DNA from: Spirochaetia bacterium
GTDB lineage: Bacteria; Spirochaetota; Spirochaetia; UBA9216
Assembly: GCA_965140585.1 (NCBI GenBank)
Contig: OZ223265.1
Span: 192,001 to 256,000, forward strand
Direction of reading: 5' to 3'
DNA length: 64,000 nucleotides
Shown here: piece after piece, positions 12,293 through 21,547 of the stretch
Position numbering within the stretch: position 1 is the first letter of the stretch
Layout of the letters: each line of letters opens with the position of its first letter
The notes under the pieces: generated by a model
Databases searched by the model: none
Told to the model about the DNA's origin: nothing
What the model saw: only the letters and a program-made list of their open reading frames with translations
Translations under genes and position numbers: made by a program

Positions 12293-12444
12293 AGAAACCA
12301 CCAGAATTTGATAACTGACTCTAACATTTTTGTTGAAAGGCATTCAATAGCAGCCAGTATTTTTATCGGGATAATTCTATATATATTCACAGCATACGGA
12401 GAGAGAACATGAAGTTTAGAAACACTTTTACGGTTTAATTCCAT

Positions 12445-12512
12445 GCAGTATGCAAACGAGGTTTGCATACTGCCGAGAAACCAGTAAAAACGCCCGTTTT
12501 TACTGGTTTCTC
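12445..12512. repeat. two abutting perfect palindromes (REP-like)
   Basis: GCAGTATGCAAAC-GAG-GTTTGCATACTGC (13-bp arms) then GAGAAACCAGTAAAAACG-CC-CGTTTTTACTGGTTTCTC (18-bp arms). Confidence 0.85.
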
Positions 12513-12555
12513 CCTATACTTTTTATGAGAATACTGTTAGAAAACTAATAAAGCT

Positions 12556-14226
12556 ATGTTTATATATTCACTATTGAAAATCCTGGGAAGCCTCGGCCTG
12601 TTTTTATACGGCATGAAGGTAATGAGTGACGGAATTCAGAGAACTGCGGGCGACGGGCTGCAGAAAGTTCTGAATTATATGACCATAAATCGTTTTGCAG
12701 CCGTAATTACCGGTTTTGCAGTAACTTCAATCGTTCAGTCTTCATCAGCAACTACCGTAATGGTTGTATCATTTGTTAATGCTGGATTGCTTACACTTGA
12801 ACAGTCTATAGGCGTTATAATGGGTGCCAATATCGGTACTACTGTGACAGGTTGGATTGTAGCTCTTATCGGTTTTAAATTCAGCATTACGACAATTGCT
12901 CTTCCGGCAATCGGTATCGGACTGCCTCTTGTTTTCGCGAAAAAACTCGGCAAGCAGGACCTTGGAGAAGTACTGATTGGCTTCGGTATTCTGTTTCTCG
13001 GACTGGACTTTCTGAAAGATTCAGTACCCGATATCAAACATCATCCTGAGTACCTTGAATTCCTGCGGCATTTTACCGATCTCGGAGTTCTTTCAAATCT
13101 TCTTTTCATTGCTGTCGGCACAATTCTTACTGTCGTTATCCAGTCATCATCTGCATCGATGGCAATAACTCTCACAATGGCCTATTCTGGCTGGATTGAC
13201 TACTCTTCAGCAGCATCGCTTATTATAGGTTCAAACATAGGAACAACCGTTACTGCATATCTTGCAGCCATAGGAACAAACACTAATGCAAAACGGGCCT
13301 CAAGAGCGCATATTCTTTTCAACCTGTTTGGTGCGCTTGTTGTAATTATTGTATTCAAGCCCTTCCTGCACGTTGTTGACCTTATAGTTCCCGGTGATCC
13401 TTCTGCCGGTGTAAGCGTTCCGGAGCATCTTGCAATGTTTCATACTCTTTTCAACATACTCAATACTCTGGTATTTGTATGGTTTGTTCCGCAGTATGCA
13501 GCAGTTATACGGAAACTGGTTCCTGAGGATAAAAACGAAGTTCCACAGAACTACACTCTGAAATATATTTCAACCAGCCTTCAGGACACTGCTGAGATTA
13601 ACCTCATCAAGGTAAGAGTTGAGATAAAGAAGATGACGGAGATTGTTGAAGAAATGTATCTGCGCTTTCTTGATATCTTCAACAAGCCGGATAAAAAGCT
13701 GGGAAAAGAAATTAAGAAACTCAAGGATATGGAAGATTTGACAGACCAGATGCAGGAACAGATTTCAGCATATCTTATTGACTGTATAAGTGAAGGACTT
13801 AACGAGTCGGGTATGAAATCGGCTACCTGCATGATGAGAATTGTTAATGAACTTGAGAGTATCGGAGACAGCTGCTTCAATCTGCTTCTTTTATCAGAAC
13901 GGCGCTATAATAAGGATATACAGCTTGAGGAAAAAGCAATTGCCGCTCTGAAACCGATATCCAAGACCGTTGAAGACTTCCTTACTCTGATAAAATCAAG
14001 CATGGATCATGAATTCACCGAGGAAAATATGGAATCTGCCGTTAAATTTGAAGAGAAGGTAGATAAACAGCGTAAAGCGCTGAACAAGGAAGCCAGAAAA
14101 CGTATACAGGGCGGCTCAGACGTAAAAGCGGAGCTTCTCTACCTCGATATAATCAAACACATGGAACATATCGGAGATTATTCGCTTAATATAGCGGAAT
14201 CAATGAAACAGAATTACGAGGATTAG
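12556..14226 (+). CDS. Na+/Pi cotransporter family protein with C-terminal PhoU-like domain
   Basis: Two QSSS / GANIGTT-GSNIGTT repeats; ELESIGD and EHIGD PhoU-type helices. Confidence 0.93.
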   Translation: MFIYSLLKILGSLGLFLYGMKVMSDGIQRTAGDGLQKVLNYMTINRFAAVITGFAVTSIVQSSSATTVMVVSFVNAGLLTLEQSIGVIMGANIGTTVTGWIVALIGFKFSITTIALPAIGIGLPLVFAKKLGKQDLGEVLIGFGILFLGLDFLKDSVPDIKHHPEYLEFLRHFTDLGVLSNLLFIAVGTILTVVIQSSSASMAITLTMAYSGWIDYSSAASLIIGSNIGTTVTAYLAAIGTNTNAKRASRAHILFNLFGALVVIIVFKPFLHVVDLIVPGDPSAGVSVPEHLAMFHTLFNILNTLVFVWFVPQYAAVIRKLVPEDKNEVPQNYTLKYISTSLQDTAEINLIKVRVEIKKMTEIVEEMYLRFLDIFNKPDKKLGKEIKKLKDMEDLTDQMQEQISAYLIDCISEGLNESGMKSATCMMRIVNELESIGDSCFNLLLLSERRYNKDIQLEEKAIAALKPISKTVEDFLTLIKSSMDHEFTEENMESAVKFEEKVDKQRKALNKEARKRIQGGSDVKAELLYLDIIKHMEHIGDYSLNIAESMKQNYED

Positions 14227-14233
14227 ATGATAT

Positions 14234-14269
14234 AAGACAGTAAAAACACCCGTTTTTACTGTCTTTTTT
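14234..14269. terminator. REP-like palindrome serving as terminator between the Na/Pi gene and argH
   Basis: AAGACAGTAAAAAC-ACCC-GTTTTTACTGTCTT plus T run; core shared with 12482-12505. Confidence 0.8.
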
Positions 14270-14272
14270 CTA

Positions 14273-15637
14273 TTACAATAAACTGACTGCAGTTCCGCAG
14301 AGAGAAGTAACTGCTGCATCAAGTACTGATTTATAAGCAGCGGCCTGTTCTTTAAGCAGGCTGTTTTCTTTTACAGCCGCCTCAAGATTAAGCTTTCCGG
14401 CTGTACCGGTACTTATCCTTGATTTATTCACCTCTGAGGCGTCCATATCACCATACTTTTCAAGATTCAGACCGACTTCCCGATAGGCATCACGGAAACT
14501 CATTCCGCCGTCAACAAGTTCATATGCTGCATCTGTAGCAAAAATATCAGGTGAAAACCCTTTAAGAAGATTCTCTTTATTAACAATCAGCTTTGAGAAA
14601 GTAAGATTCATTATATCAAAACACTGACCGGCTAGATCAATTCCCCTGAGGTAGGGTTCCTTTGTTTCCTGAAAATCACGGTTATAACCTGATGGCAGTG
14701 AGCGAACAATCTGCTTAACGTTCATTGAATATGAAGACAGGGCTGCTGATTTGGCACGCATCAGTTCAAGCCCGTCGGGATTCTTTTTCTGCGGCATAAT
14801 ACTGGAGCCTGTACAGAGTTCTGCAGGAAGACTGAAATAGCCGAACTCAGGCAATGAAAACAGGATAAGATCCTGCGCAGCGCTGCTTAAAACAAGCACA
14901 GCATGCTCAAGGGCATTCAAAACAAGGGATTCAAGCCTTCCGCGTGAATTATTAACGTAGATGACATTATTCTGCACTTTGGCAAAGCCCATCAGTTCAG
15001 CTGTCATTTCACGGTTAAGCGGAAGTGGAGTTCCATAACCTGCCGCAGCGCCGAGGGGACACTGATTTACAAGAGTATATATGGATGAAAGGTTTTTCAG
15101 ACTGTCAATTAGCTCTTCGGCCCAGGCGGCAGCCCACAGGCCTACCGAAGAAGGCATTGCTATCTGCATATGTGTGCGTCCCGGCATAGGCACAGACCTA
15201 TTGGCCTTTGCAAAATCCAGAATTGTTTCGACAAGCGAGGTTCCGCGTTCAATCAGGTCAAGAACCGCCGCCCTGGAGAACATCCGCAGAGCGGTCTGAA
15301 CCTGATCGTTCCGGGATCGTCCGGTGTGTATTTTTTTTCCGGCGTCTCCTATGCTGTCAATCAGGTAATTTTCGATAGCAGTATGACAGTCCTCGTCGGA
15401 ACGCTCAATATGGAATTTGTCATCCTTCTGAAGATTGATTATCTCATTCAGACCTTTTTCAAGCTTTTCAAGATCCTCTGCTGTGAGAATATCTATCGAA
15501 TGAAGCATTCGGGCCTGGGCAATACTTGCAACACAGTCAGAGGGCACCAGCGCAATATCAAGCTGATAGTCCAGACCTACTGTAAATTTCTCAACCAGTT
15601 CATTGAGTTCATAATTTTTCTGCCAAAGTTTTGCCAT
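14273..15637 (-). CDS. argH: argininosuccinate lyase
   Basis: HTGRSRNDQ, MPGRTHMQ, GSSIMPQKKNPD, YNRDFQE. Confidence 0.96.
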   Translation of the reverse strand: MAKLWQKNYELNELVEKFTVGLDYQLDIALVPSDCVASIAQARMLHSIDILTAEDLEKLEKGLNEIINLQKDDKFHIERSDEDCHTAIENYLIDSIGDAGKKIHTGRSRNDQVQTALRMFSRAAVLDLIERGTSLVETILDFAKANRSVPMPGRTHMQIAMPSSVGLWAAAWAEELIDSLKNLSSIYTLVNQCPLGAAAGYGTPLPLNREMTAELMGFAKVQNNVIYVNNSRGRLESLVLNALEHAVLVLSSAAQDLILFSLPEFGYFSLPAELCTGSSIMPQKKNPDGLELMRAKSAALSSYSMNVKQIVRSLPSGYNRDFQETKEPYLRGIDLAGQCFDIMNLTFSKLIVNKENLLKGFSPDIFATDAAYELVDGGMSFRDAYREVGLNLEKYGDMDASEVNKSRISTGTAGKLNLEAAVKENSLLKEQAAAYKSVLDAAVTSLCGTAVSLL

Positions 15638-15701
15638 TCCACTCTCCCGAATTTTGTCACATACTATATAATTTCGGTTATTATTTCAACTTCCGGAAGA
15701 T

Positions 15702-17132
15702 CTATCTTAACGCTGCGGCTGCGTATTCTCCGGCCATTCTTCCGGAGTTCAGTGCAAAACCGAAACCGTGCCCACTCAGAATTACATTGTAAACATCTGC
15801 ATCCACACCGCCGAAATCGACTCCTGCAACATAAAGATTCTCCACAGGGTTGAAATCATCCCCGAGCGCCCGGAACTGCTCATCAACCCGGATTCCGCCA
15901 TGAGTAATAAGCATATCAACACCGGCTTTCACCGCATAATACGGCGGGCTTGAACACTCAAGCAGAGCCTTCCTGCTTTTTGCATACATGGCATCGCGTC
16001 CTGAAGCACAGAAGCTGTTATAGCGTGCCAGAGTTTCCGTAAGGGCTTGGAGCTGACAACCTATGAATGCTGCTATCTCATTTAGATTATCGCTTTGCAG
16101 AAGCACACCTGATTCAACTGCCTTGGTGATGGAATCATCAAGCCGCCGTTCTGCATCGGGAGAGATATGAATGAGTTCTATCATGTCCCTGCCGTCGGCC
16201 AGAGTCTTATCCATTATCCGGCTGTCAAACAATACCCACATTTCGGCACCGGGCTGGCGAAGGCAGGCATTTGCGGCCATTGAGAAGTTATACACAATAC
16301 CTTCATCAGCAAAACGCCGGCCGCCTCGGTTAAGCCAGATATTCCAGGGCTTGCCGATCAGCAGATTAAGCGGTTCGAAGCCCTTAATCTTCGGAGCAGC
16401 CATTTCCATGGCAAAATTGCCTTCAATTGCAGCTCCTGCCTCAAGAGCCATATTAACTCCGTCTCCGGTATGCCTCATCCCGTGTCCGGGAGTAACGGTT
16501 TCAGGGTCGAACCCCGGGTAATACCTGCTGATCATTTCATTGTTTCCGGCAAAGCCGCCGGTACAGATTATCACCTTTGAAGCGGCTACCCGTATTTCTC
16601 CCTCTGATGCGGATACAGCAGTCAGACCGCAGACTGTACCTGAGGCATCGGTGTGCAGGCTCTTTGCAGTACAGCCTGTAAGAATTTTTACTCCACGACC
16701 GGCACAGAAATCCTCCAGAGCCTTTATCACAGCCTTTCCCGCATTCAGGTCCTTATCGGTAATATGAAAAACCTCGGGAGTCTGTCCCGGCAGATGATGC
16801 ACGACATCGGAGAACTCAACCCCCTTCCCTGTCAGCCAGGCAATTGTGTCACCGCTTTTATCAATAAGGCTGCGAACAAGGTCGGGATCTATTTTCCAGT
16901 GGGAATACTCCATGGCGGCCCTGAAAACCTCATCAGCATCCGAGTTAACAAGTTTACGCTTCTGTACAGGGCTGTTAACGGCAAATATACCGCGGGGAAA
17001 GAGCCCGTTGCCGCCGACTTTTTTGTTCTTTTCAACAACTACCACACTTGCGCCTGCTTCGGCAGCAGCAGCTGCAGCAGCCATACCTGAAGCGCCACCG
17101 CCGACTACTGCAACATCACAGTTTATATTCAC
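15702..17132 (-). CDS. cytoplasmic FAD-dependent oxidoreductase, flavocytochrome c/FAD_binding_2 family (not fumarate-type)
   Basis: GGGASG Rossmann motif, ICTGGF, THGGIRVD, LYVAG; GTG start at 17132 with GGAGG SD; no signal peptide; lacks the HHTMGG / GxNRLGG fumarate residues. Confidence 0.88.
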   Translation of the reverse strand: MNINCDVAVVGGGASGMAAAAAAAEAGASVVVVEKNKKVGGNGLFPRGIFAVNSPVQKRKLVNSDADEVFRAAMEYSHWKIDPDLVRSLIDKSGDTIAWLTGKGVEFSDVVHHLPGQTPEVFHITDKDLNAGKAVIKALEDFCAGRGVKILTGCTAKSLHTDASGTVCGLTAVSASEGEIRVAASKVIICTGGFAGNNEMISRYYPGFDPETVTPGHGMRHTGDGVNMALEAGAAIEGNFAMEMAAPKIKGFEPLNLLIGKPWNIWLNRGGRRFADEGIVYNFSMAANACLRQPGAEMWVLFDSRIMDKTLADGRDMIELIHISPDAERRLDDSITKAVESGVLLQSDNLNEIAAFIGCQLQALTETLARYNSFCASGRDAMYAKSRKALLECSSPPYYAVKAGVDMLITHGGIRVDEQFRALGDDFNPVENLYVAGVDFGGVDADVYNVILSGHGFGFALNSGRMAGEYAAAALR

Positions 17133-17165
17133 GAAATACCTCCGGACTTGCAACCAATTTGATAT

Positions 17166-17195
17166 AAAAAAAGAGGAACCTGAAAGAGTCCTCCT
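17166..17195 (-). terminator. intrinsic terminator inside the operon, with an alternative antiterminator pairing
   Basis: AGGAGGACTCT-TTC-AGGTTCCTC followed by T7 on the minus strand. Confidence 0.6.
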
Positions 17196-17220
17196 ATACT
17201 AAATAATTCTATTTATTTTT

Positions 17221-18126
17221 TCAAACCCAGGAGGACTCTACCCCCGGGGCCTGGACGCTCACATAGCGATGAATTCCCTGAATCTTACCTGAGTGAAAGC
17301 ATACAATCTCGGCGGTGAGACCGGTAGCCGGCATTTCCTTAAGGATTTTTCTGCCGGTTTTATCCGCGGCCTCTACGGTTTTCCGGTGCATATCAATCAT
17401 ACAGGCAGGAACAAAGCATGAAGCTGTTGAACCAGGAACGATATAAGCAGACACAAAACCGGGAACTACACCGAAACTAATCACAACTCCCTGCGCTGCA
17501 TCTGCAATGAGAACACGTGCTTTGGGATCTGAAGGGCGCCCCGAAATAAATGATGCAGGAATGGTAACAGGCCCCGCAGAAGCAGCTTTTTCATCCATGA
17601 TTGCCTCAAGGTAATCCGGATCTTCATATACTATTCCGCCCATCTCCATGAGTACGCTTTGTTCAGAGGCCTCAAACTGCTCACCGGAACTTCCGTCAAA
17701 GACAGCTTTTCCTACGGCAAGAAGTTCTTCACGTGAGGCTTTCTGCGCTTCAGGAATATCAGAGCTCCACTGCCGCGGAATCTTTTTCATTTCTTCGGGA
17801 AGAAAGACAAATCCGGCGTCAACCCGTGAACGGACGATATAGAGTTCAAGTTCACTTATAAATCCGCCATCTATCCTGAGCCTCCCGAAAAAGATTGCCT
17901 GCTTTCCCGACTCATCGAGATTTGCCGTAACAAACAGCTGGCCTGTTTCAGGATCTGAGAAGAATTGCGCTATATAATTCAGCCCTGTAACACTGCTCCA
18001 GCAGCTCATCATTACAAGAGCTCCGGGTTTTCCATTCTCGGTCGCAGCGTATGTATCCGCAAACGGGAGAAGGTCAGGGTTCTGTTTGATCATCGACTGA
18101 AATAATATATCCGCAAAACTTCTCAT
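17221..18126 (-). CDS. hypothetical protein (TENG motif; possibly tandem SnoaL/NTF2-like fold)
   Basis: 301-aa ORF co-oriented and tightly spaced with the permease; the fold is only a guess. Confidence 0.75.
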   Translation of the reverse strand: MRSFADILFQSMIKQNPDLLPFADTYAATENGKPGALVMMSCWSSVTGLNYIAQFFSDPETGQLFVTANLDESGKQAIFFGRLRIDGGFISELELYIVRSRVDAGFVFLPEEMKKIPRQWSSDIPEAQKASREELLAVGKAVFDGSSGEQFEASEQSVLMEMGGIVYEDPDYLEAIMDEKAASAGPVTIPASFISGRPSDPKARVLIADAAQGVVISFGVVPGFVSAYIVPGSTASCFVPACMIDMHRKTVEAADKTGRKILKEMPATGLTAEIVCFHSGKIQGIHRYVSVQAPGVESSWV

Positions 18127-18143
18127 ATTTTATTATATCCAGT

Positions 18144-19499
18144 CTAGTACATTATCATAGCCATGATAGTAACTATCACTGTGGCTACTGCTGTAACACC
18201 GACTGTTGAAAACAGGATTGGCGGATAACCTTCTTTCTGCTTGATACCGGTAAGAAGCATTATTGCGACAACCATTGTTCCAAACGGAAGGGTATCAAGA
18301 ACAAAGCCTGAGAATGCTACAATTCTGTGCGCAGCAATAGCGCTGATTCCCATAACCGGAATAAAAAGGTCATGAGCAAGGTTGAACATAACGATAAGCC
18401 CGGACATTGAGGCTGAAATACCGATTATCAGGATTGAAAGAACTGCAAAGAGTATGTAGGGACTGATCGAGCCCTGCATTCCGCCGATCCCCTGTACCAT
18501 CCATCCGAAAGCCGGAGTTGATGAGATAAGCTGACCGAGAGCCATGTTGATGAGGATAATTGCCGGAATACCCGCAATTTCAGCACCGCTGTTGAACTGT
18601 TCAACAAGCTTGTTGAGTTTTGCAATCGGCTTGCTCTTTCCTGATTCCTCATTATAAGGCATGTACGGGTAGAACAGAAGAACTGAAATACCGACACCTA
18701 CAAGAAGTGAAAAGAAGGGACTGAGGTGCAGAATATTAAAACAAACAAAGATGGCTGCTGTAGGAATAAGGATAAAAAACCATGGGGGAAGGTTTTTTTC
18801 TTCAAACCTTGCCTGTGAAAGGGGTCCGAACTCAAAATTATGACCTGCAGCTACATCTTTTTCCCACATTCTTGACATTCCCCAGAGGGATGCAACAAGA
18901 ATAAAAAGTCCGCCGGTAATAGCAATTGCCGGAGCTGCCATAGCGCTTGTATCAACAAGAAACTGAACAGCAAATATATTTATTATTGACGGAGTACCCG
19001 GAAGCGCACCGCCTACGGTTGAACCTAGGATGATAAGAACTGCAATAAAACGACGGGGGATGTTTACCTCATGCATAACACTAGCTGCAATTGCTATCTG
19101 TGTGAAAAGAATTGCAAAGTTATCAATACCCGCATAGGCCATAAGAACACCCATAAGGATAATGAGGAAAGCGCCCACGAGTCTTTTTTTAGGTGCTGAC
19201 AGGTTTCCGGTGAGTGCACGGAGAACTGTTTTGGCGAAGGAATCCGCCGCACCGCTGACTGATACGATTTTTCCGAACGTTGCGCCCGCCAGGAACAGCG
19301 GTATGAGTGTTCCTGCCATCATTCCGATACCCTTGTTGATTGTTTCATCCCATGATTTGCCGATTGCAAGTCCGCTGGTGATCATCAAAATCAGGGCGAC
19401 GATTATTGATACCCAGGAAAGATGCAGTCCCTTGTATGTCAGGAGAATGAGCATAACAAACCCTAACAGGACTCCAAATACTGATAGTGCTATAGACAT
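18144..19499 (-). CDS. GntP/IT-superfamily organic-acid permease
   Basis: Polytopic membrane protein; LFLAGATFGK, LPGTPSIIN and LDTLPFG motifs typical of H+/gluconate symporter-like permeases. Confidence 0.85.
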   Translation of the reverse strand: MSIALSVFGVLLGFVMLILLTYKGLHLSWVSIIVALILMITSGLAIGKSWDETINKGIGMMAGTLIPLFLAGATFGKIVSVSGAADSFAKTVLRALTGNLSAPKKRLVGAFLIILMGVLMAYAGIDNFAILFTQIAIAASVMHEVNIPRRFIAVLIILGSTVGGALPGTPSIINIFAVQFLVDTSAMAAPAIAITGGLFILVASLWGMSRMWEKDVAAGHNFEFGPLSQARFEEKNLPPWFFILIPTAAIFVCFNILHLSPFFSLLVGVGISVLLFYPYMPYNEESGKSKPIAKLNKLVEQFNSGAEIAGIPAIILINMALGQLISSTPAFGWMVQGIGGMQGSISPYILFAVLSILIIGISASMSGLIVMFNLAHDLFIPVMGISAIAAHRIVAFSGFVLDTLPFGTMVVAIMLLTGIKQKEGYPPILFSTVGVTAVATVIVTIMAMIMY

Positions 19500-19601
19500 A
19501 TAGCCCTCCTATTCTTTTTAAAAGACATCCGCCCCGGTAATCCGCATACAATTTAACCAGATACTAACTAGGCATTAATGCTTTTATTGATATTGATGCA
19601 C

Positions 19602-19799
19602 ATTATAAAATCCCGATATTTACTTATCTACATGACGGAAGAACAAAAAATCCTGCTGATTTGTGCGCAAAGACCAAATCGGCGTATGTGGGAGCATTAA
19701 ACAGGTTGCGGCCCTGCTTTTATATCACATCTCAGCACAAAAAGCTCTCGGAATTTGTGCTGGGGGCATGATGTCTGCTTTTCCGGTGTCCACTATAAT
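19602..19799. promoter_or_regulatory. divergent activator-dependent promoters with PucR/CdaR-type boxes
   Basis: G(C/A)ACAAA-N12-TTTGTGC at 19641-19666 and 19735-19760, each 33 nt from a TATAAT (19602-19607 minus; 19794-19799 plus) with a poor -35. Confidence 0.75.
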
Positions 19800-19829
19800 A
19801 GCATTACACTGAATAGGAGACTTTATACA

Positions 19830-21536
19830 ATGTACAAAATTGCGGATACCTGTGTCGGATGCCACAACTGTGCTATGGAATGCCCCATGCAGGCCATAAA
19901 CTATGCAGGTCTTAAGTATGAAATAGATCAGGATAAATGCGTTGAATGCGGGTTATGCGAAAAACTCTGTCATACAGCAAGCATAAAAGATATTGATGCG
20001 GATGTTATAATAGAAAAACACGAACCCTTTGATATGGAATGCGATCTGGTTGTCTGCGGATCCGGAACAGGAATGATCGCAGCAGTTAGAGCCGCTCAGA
20101 CCGGCAAAAAGGTCATAGTGCTTGAAAAGTCAAAAAAGACCGGCGGTAATACCGATTACGCTCACATGTTTTTCCCTGTATACACCGAACTTCATAAAAG
20201 AGACAACTTTGAAGATGTAAGGGTAGATGCCGTTGAGGAGTTCTGGAACAGATCAGGCAAAAAAATTGAAAAAGAACTGATTGAAACTGCTGTTTATACC
20301 TCGGGAGAGTTCTTTGACTGGCTGCTTCAGTTCCCGGAGACTGAAAAACATTTTGATATTGTATCTCTGGGCTCACAGAGAAATGTAGGACCGATGTATA
20401 CGTCGGCGATGATTGTTTTTCCCGACCGAATGTATCATAACCTGCTCTGCAGGGATCCGGCTATCGGCCCAGGCTGGGCAGGAACATTCATAAAGTACCA
20501 GATGTTTAAAACAATAAGGGAGCAGAAGCTTAATGTTGAGATAATGACCGAAACCGCAGCAAAACATCTGACTGTTGATGAGAGCGGGGCAGTAACCGGT
20601 GTAACAGCCGAAGATGCAGGCGGAATCATCAACATCAAGGCTAAAGCCGTTGTTCTTGCCACCGGCGGAATGGGAAGAAGCGACGAAAAGCTGCAGAAGT
20701 ATTTCAATTTCTTCGATTGCGAAACCCCTATACACCGCTTCTCAGTGCCCTCAGACACGGGAGATGCAATCGATATGCTGCAGGAACTTGGTGTAGAACC
20801 TGATCCGCAGCGGATGTTCGTATCAACCTTCGGACCGGCTCACCATCCGTTCAGCTACTGTCTTTACAGGATTCTTGAGCACCCTACAAGCCTCTGGATT
20901 AATCTTAACGGAGAACGCTGGCAGGATGAAACCGGTGGACTGATGACAGGAAGATTCACAATTAAGGATCAGCCAAAGGAAATCACCTGGGGCATTTACA
21001 GTCAGGCAGGAATAGACAGGATTGCAGAACAGTACATTAACGATCCGGCGCTGGCTAAGGAAAAAATTGTTTATGAGTGCTATCAGCAGGATCTTGATGA
21101 AGAAATTGCTTTACCGAAACCCCCGGTATACAAGGCGAATACTATTGAAGAACTTGCTGAAAAACTTGGAATAGATTCAGCCAAACTGGCCGAAACTGTA
21201 GAAAAATATAACGGATTCTGTAAAGCAGGCAAGGATGATGAATTCAGCAAGCCAGAGAAAAATCTCATTGAACTTGAAAGCTCTGGCCCTTACTACGCTA
21301 TTTACGGACAGCGCTTTTCTGAAGGAGCCTTCGGCGGATTAAGAGTAAACCCTAAATGCGAGGTAACAAGAGAAGACGGCTCAGTTATTCCGGGACTCTA
21401 CGGTGTAGGTGATGCTACATCAGCAATGCATATTCAGGGAGAACTTGCTCCGATATCAGAATTGACATGGGCTACAGCCTCTTCATTTCTGTCCGGCGGA
21501 AATGCGTCTGAATACATAGATAAGCTGAATAAATAA
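19830..21536 (+). CDS. 2x[4Fe-4S] ferredoxin fused to a FAD_binding_2 flavoprotein
   Basis: CVGCHNCAMECP and CVECGLCEKLC motifs, then VVCGSGTG, LATGG, GGLRVN, GLYGVGD; ATG 19830 with AGGAG SD. Confidence 0.9.
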   Translation: MYKIADTCVGCHNCAMECPMQAINYAGLKYEIDQDKCVECGLCEKLCHTASIKDIDADVIIEKHEPFDMECDLVVCGSGTGMIAAVRAAQTGKKVIVLEKSKKTGGNTDYAHMFFPVYTELHKRDNFEDVRVDAVEEFWNRSGKKIEKELIETAVYTSGEFFDWLLQFPETEKHFDIVSLGSQRNVGPMYTSAMIVFPDRMYHNLLCRDPAIGPGWAGTFIKYQMFKTIREQKLNVEIMTETAAKHLTVDESGAVTGVTAEDAGGIINIKAKAVVLATGGMGRSDEKLQKYFNFFDCETPIHRFSVPSDTGDAIDMLQELGVEPDPQRMFVSTFGPAHHPFSYCLYRILEHPTSLWINLNGERWQDETGGLMTGRFTIKDQPKEITWGIYSQAGIDRIAEQYINDPALAKEKIVYECYQQDLDEEIALPKPPVYKANTIEELAEKLGIDSAKLAETVEKYNGFCKAGKDDEFSKPEKNLIELESSGPYYAIYGQRFSEGAFGGLRVNPKCEVTREDGSVIPGLYGVGDATSAMHIQGELAPISELTWATASSFLSGGNASEYIDKLNK

Positions 21537-21547
21537 CGAGGAAAGCA

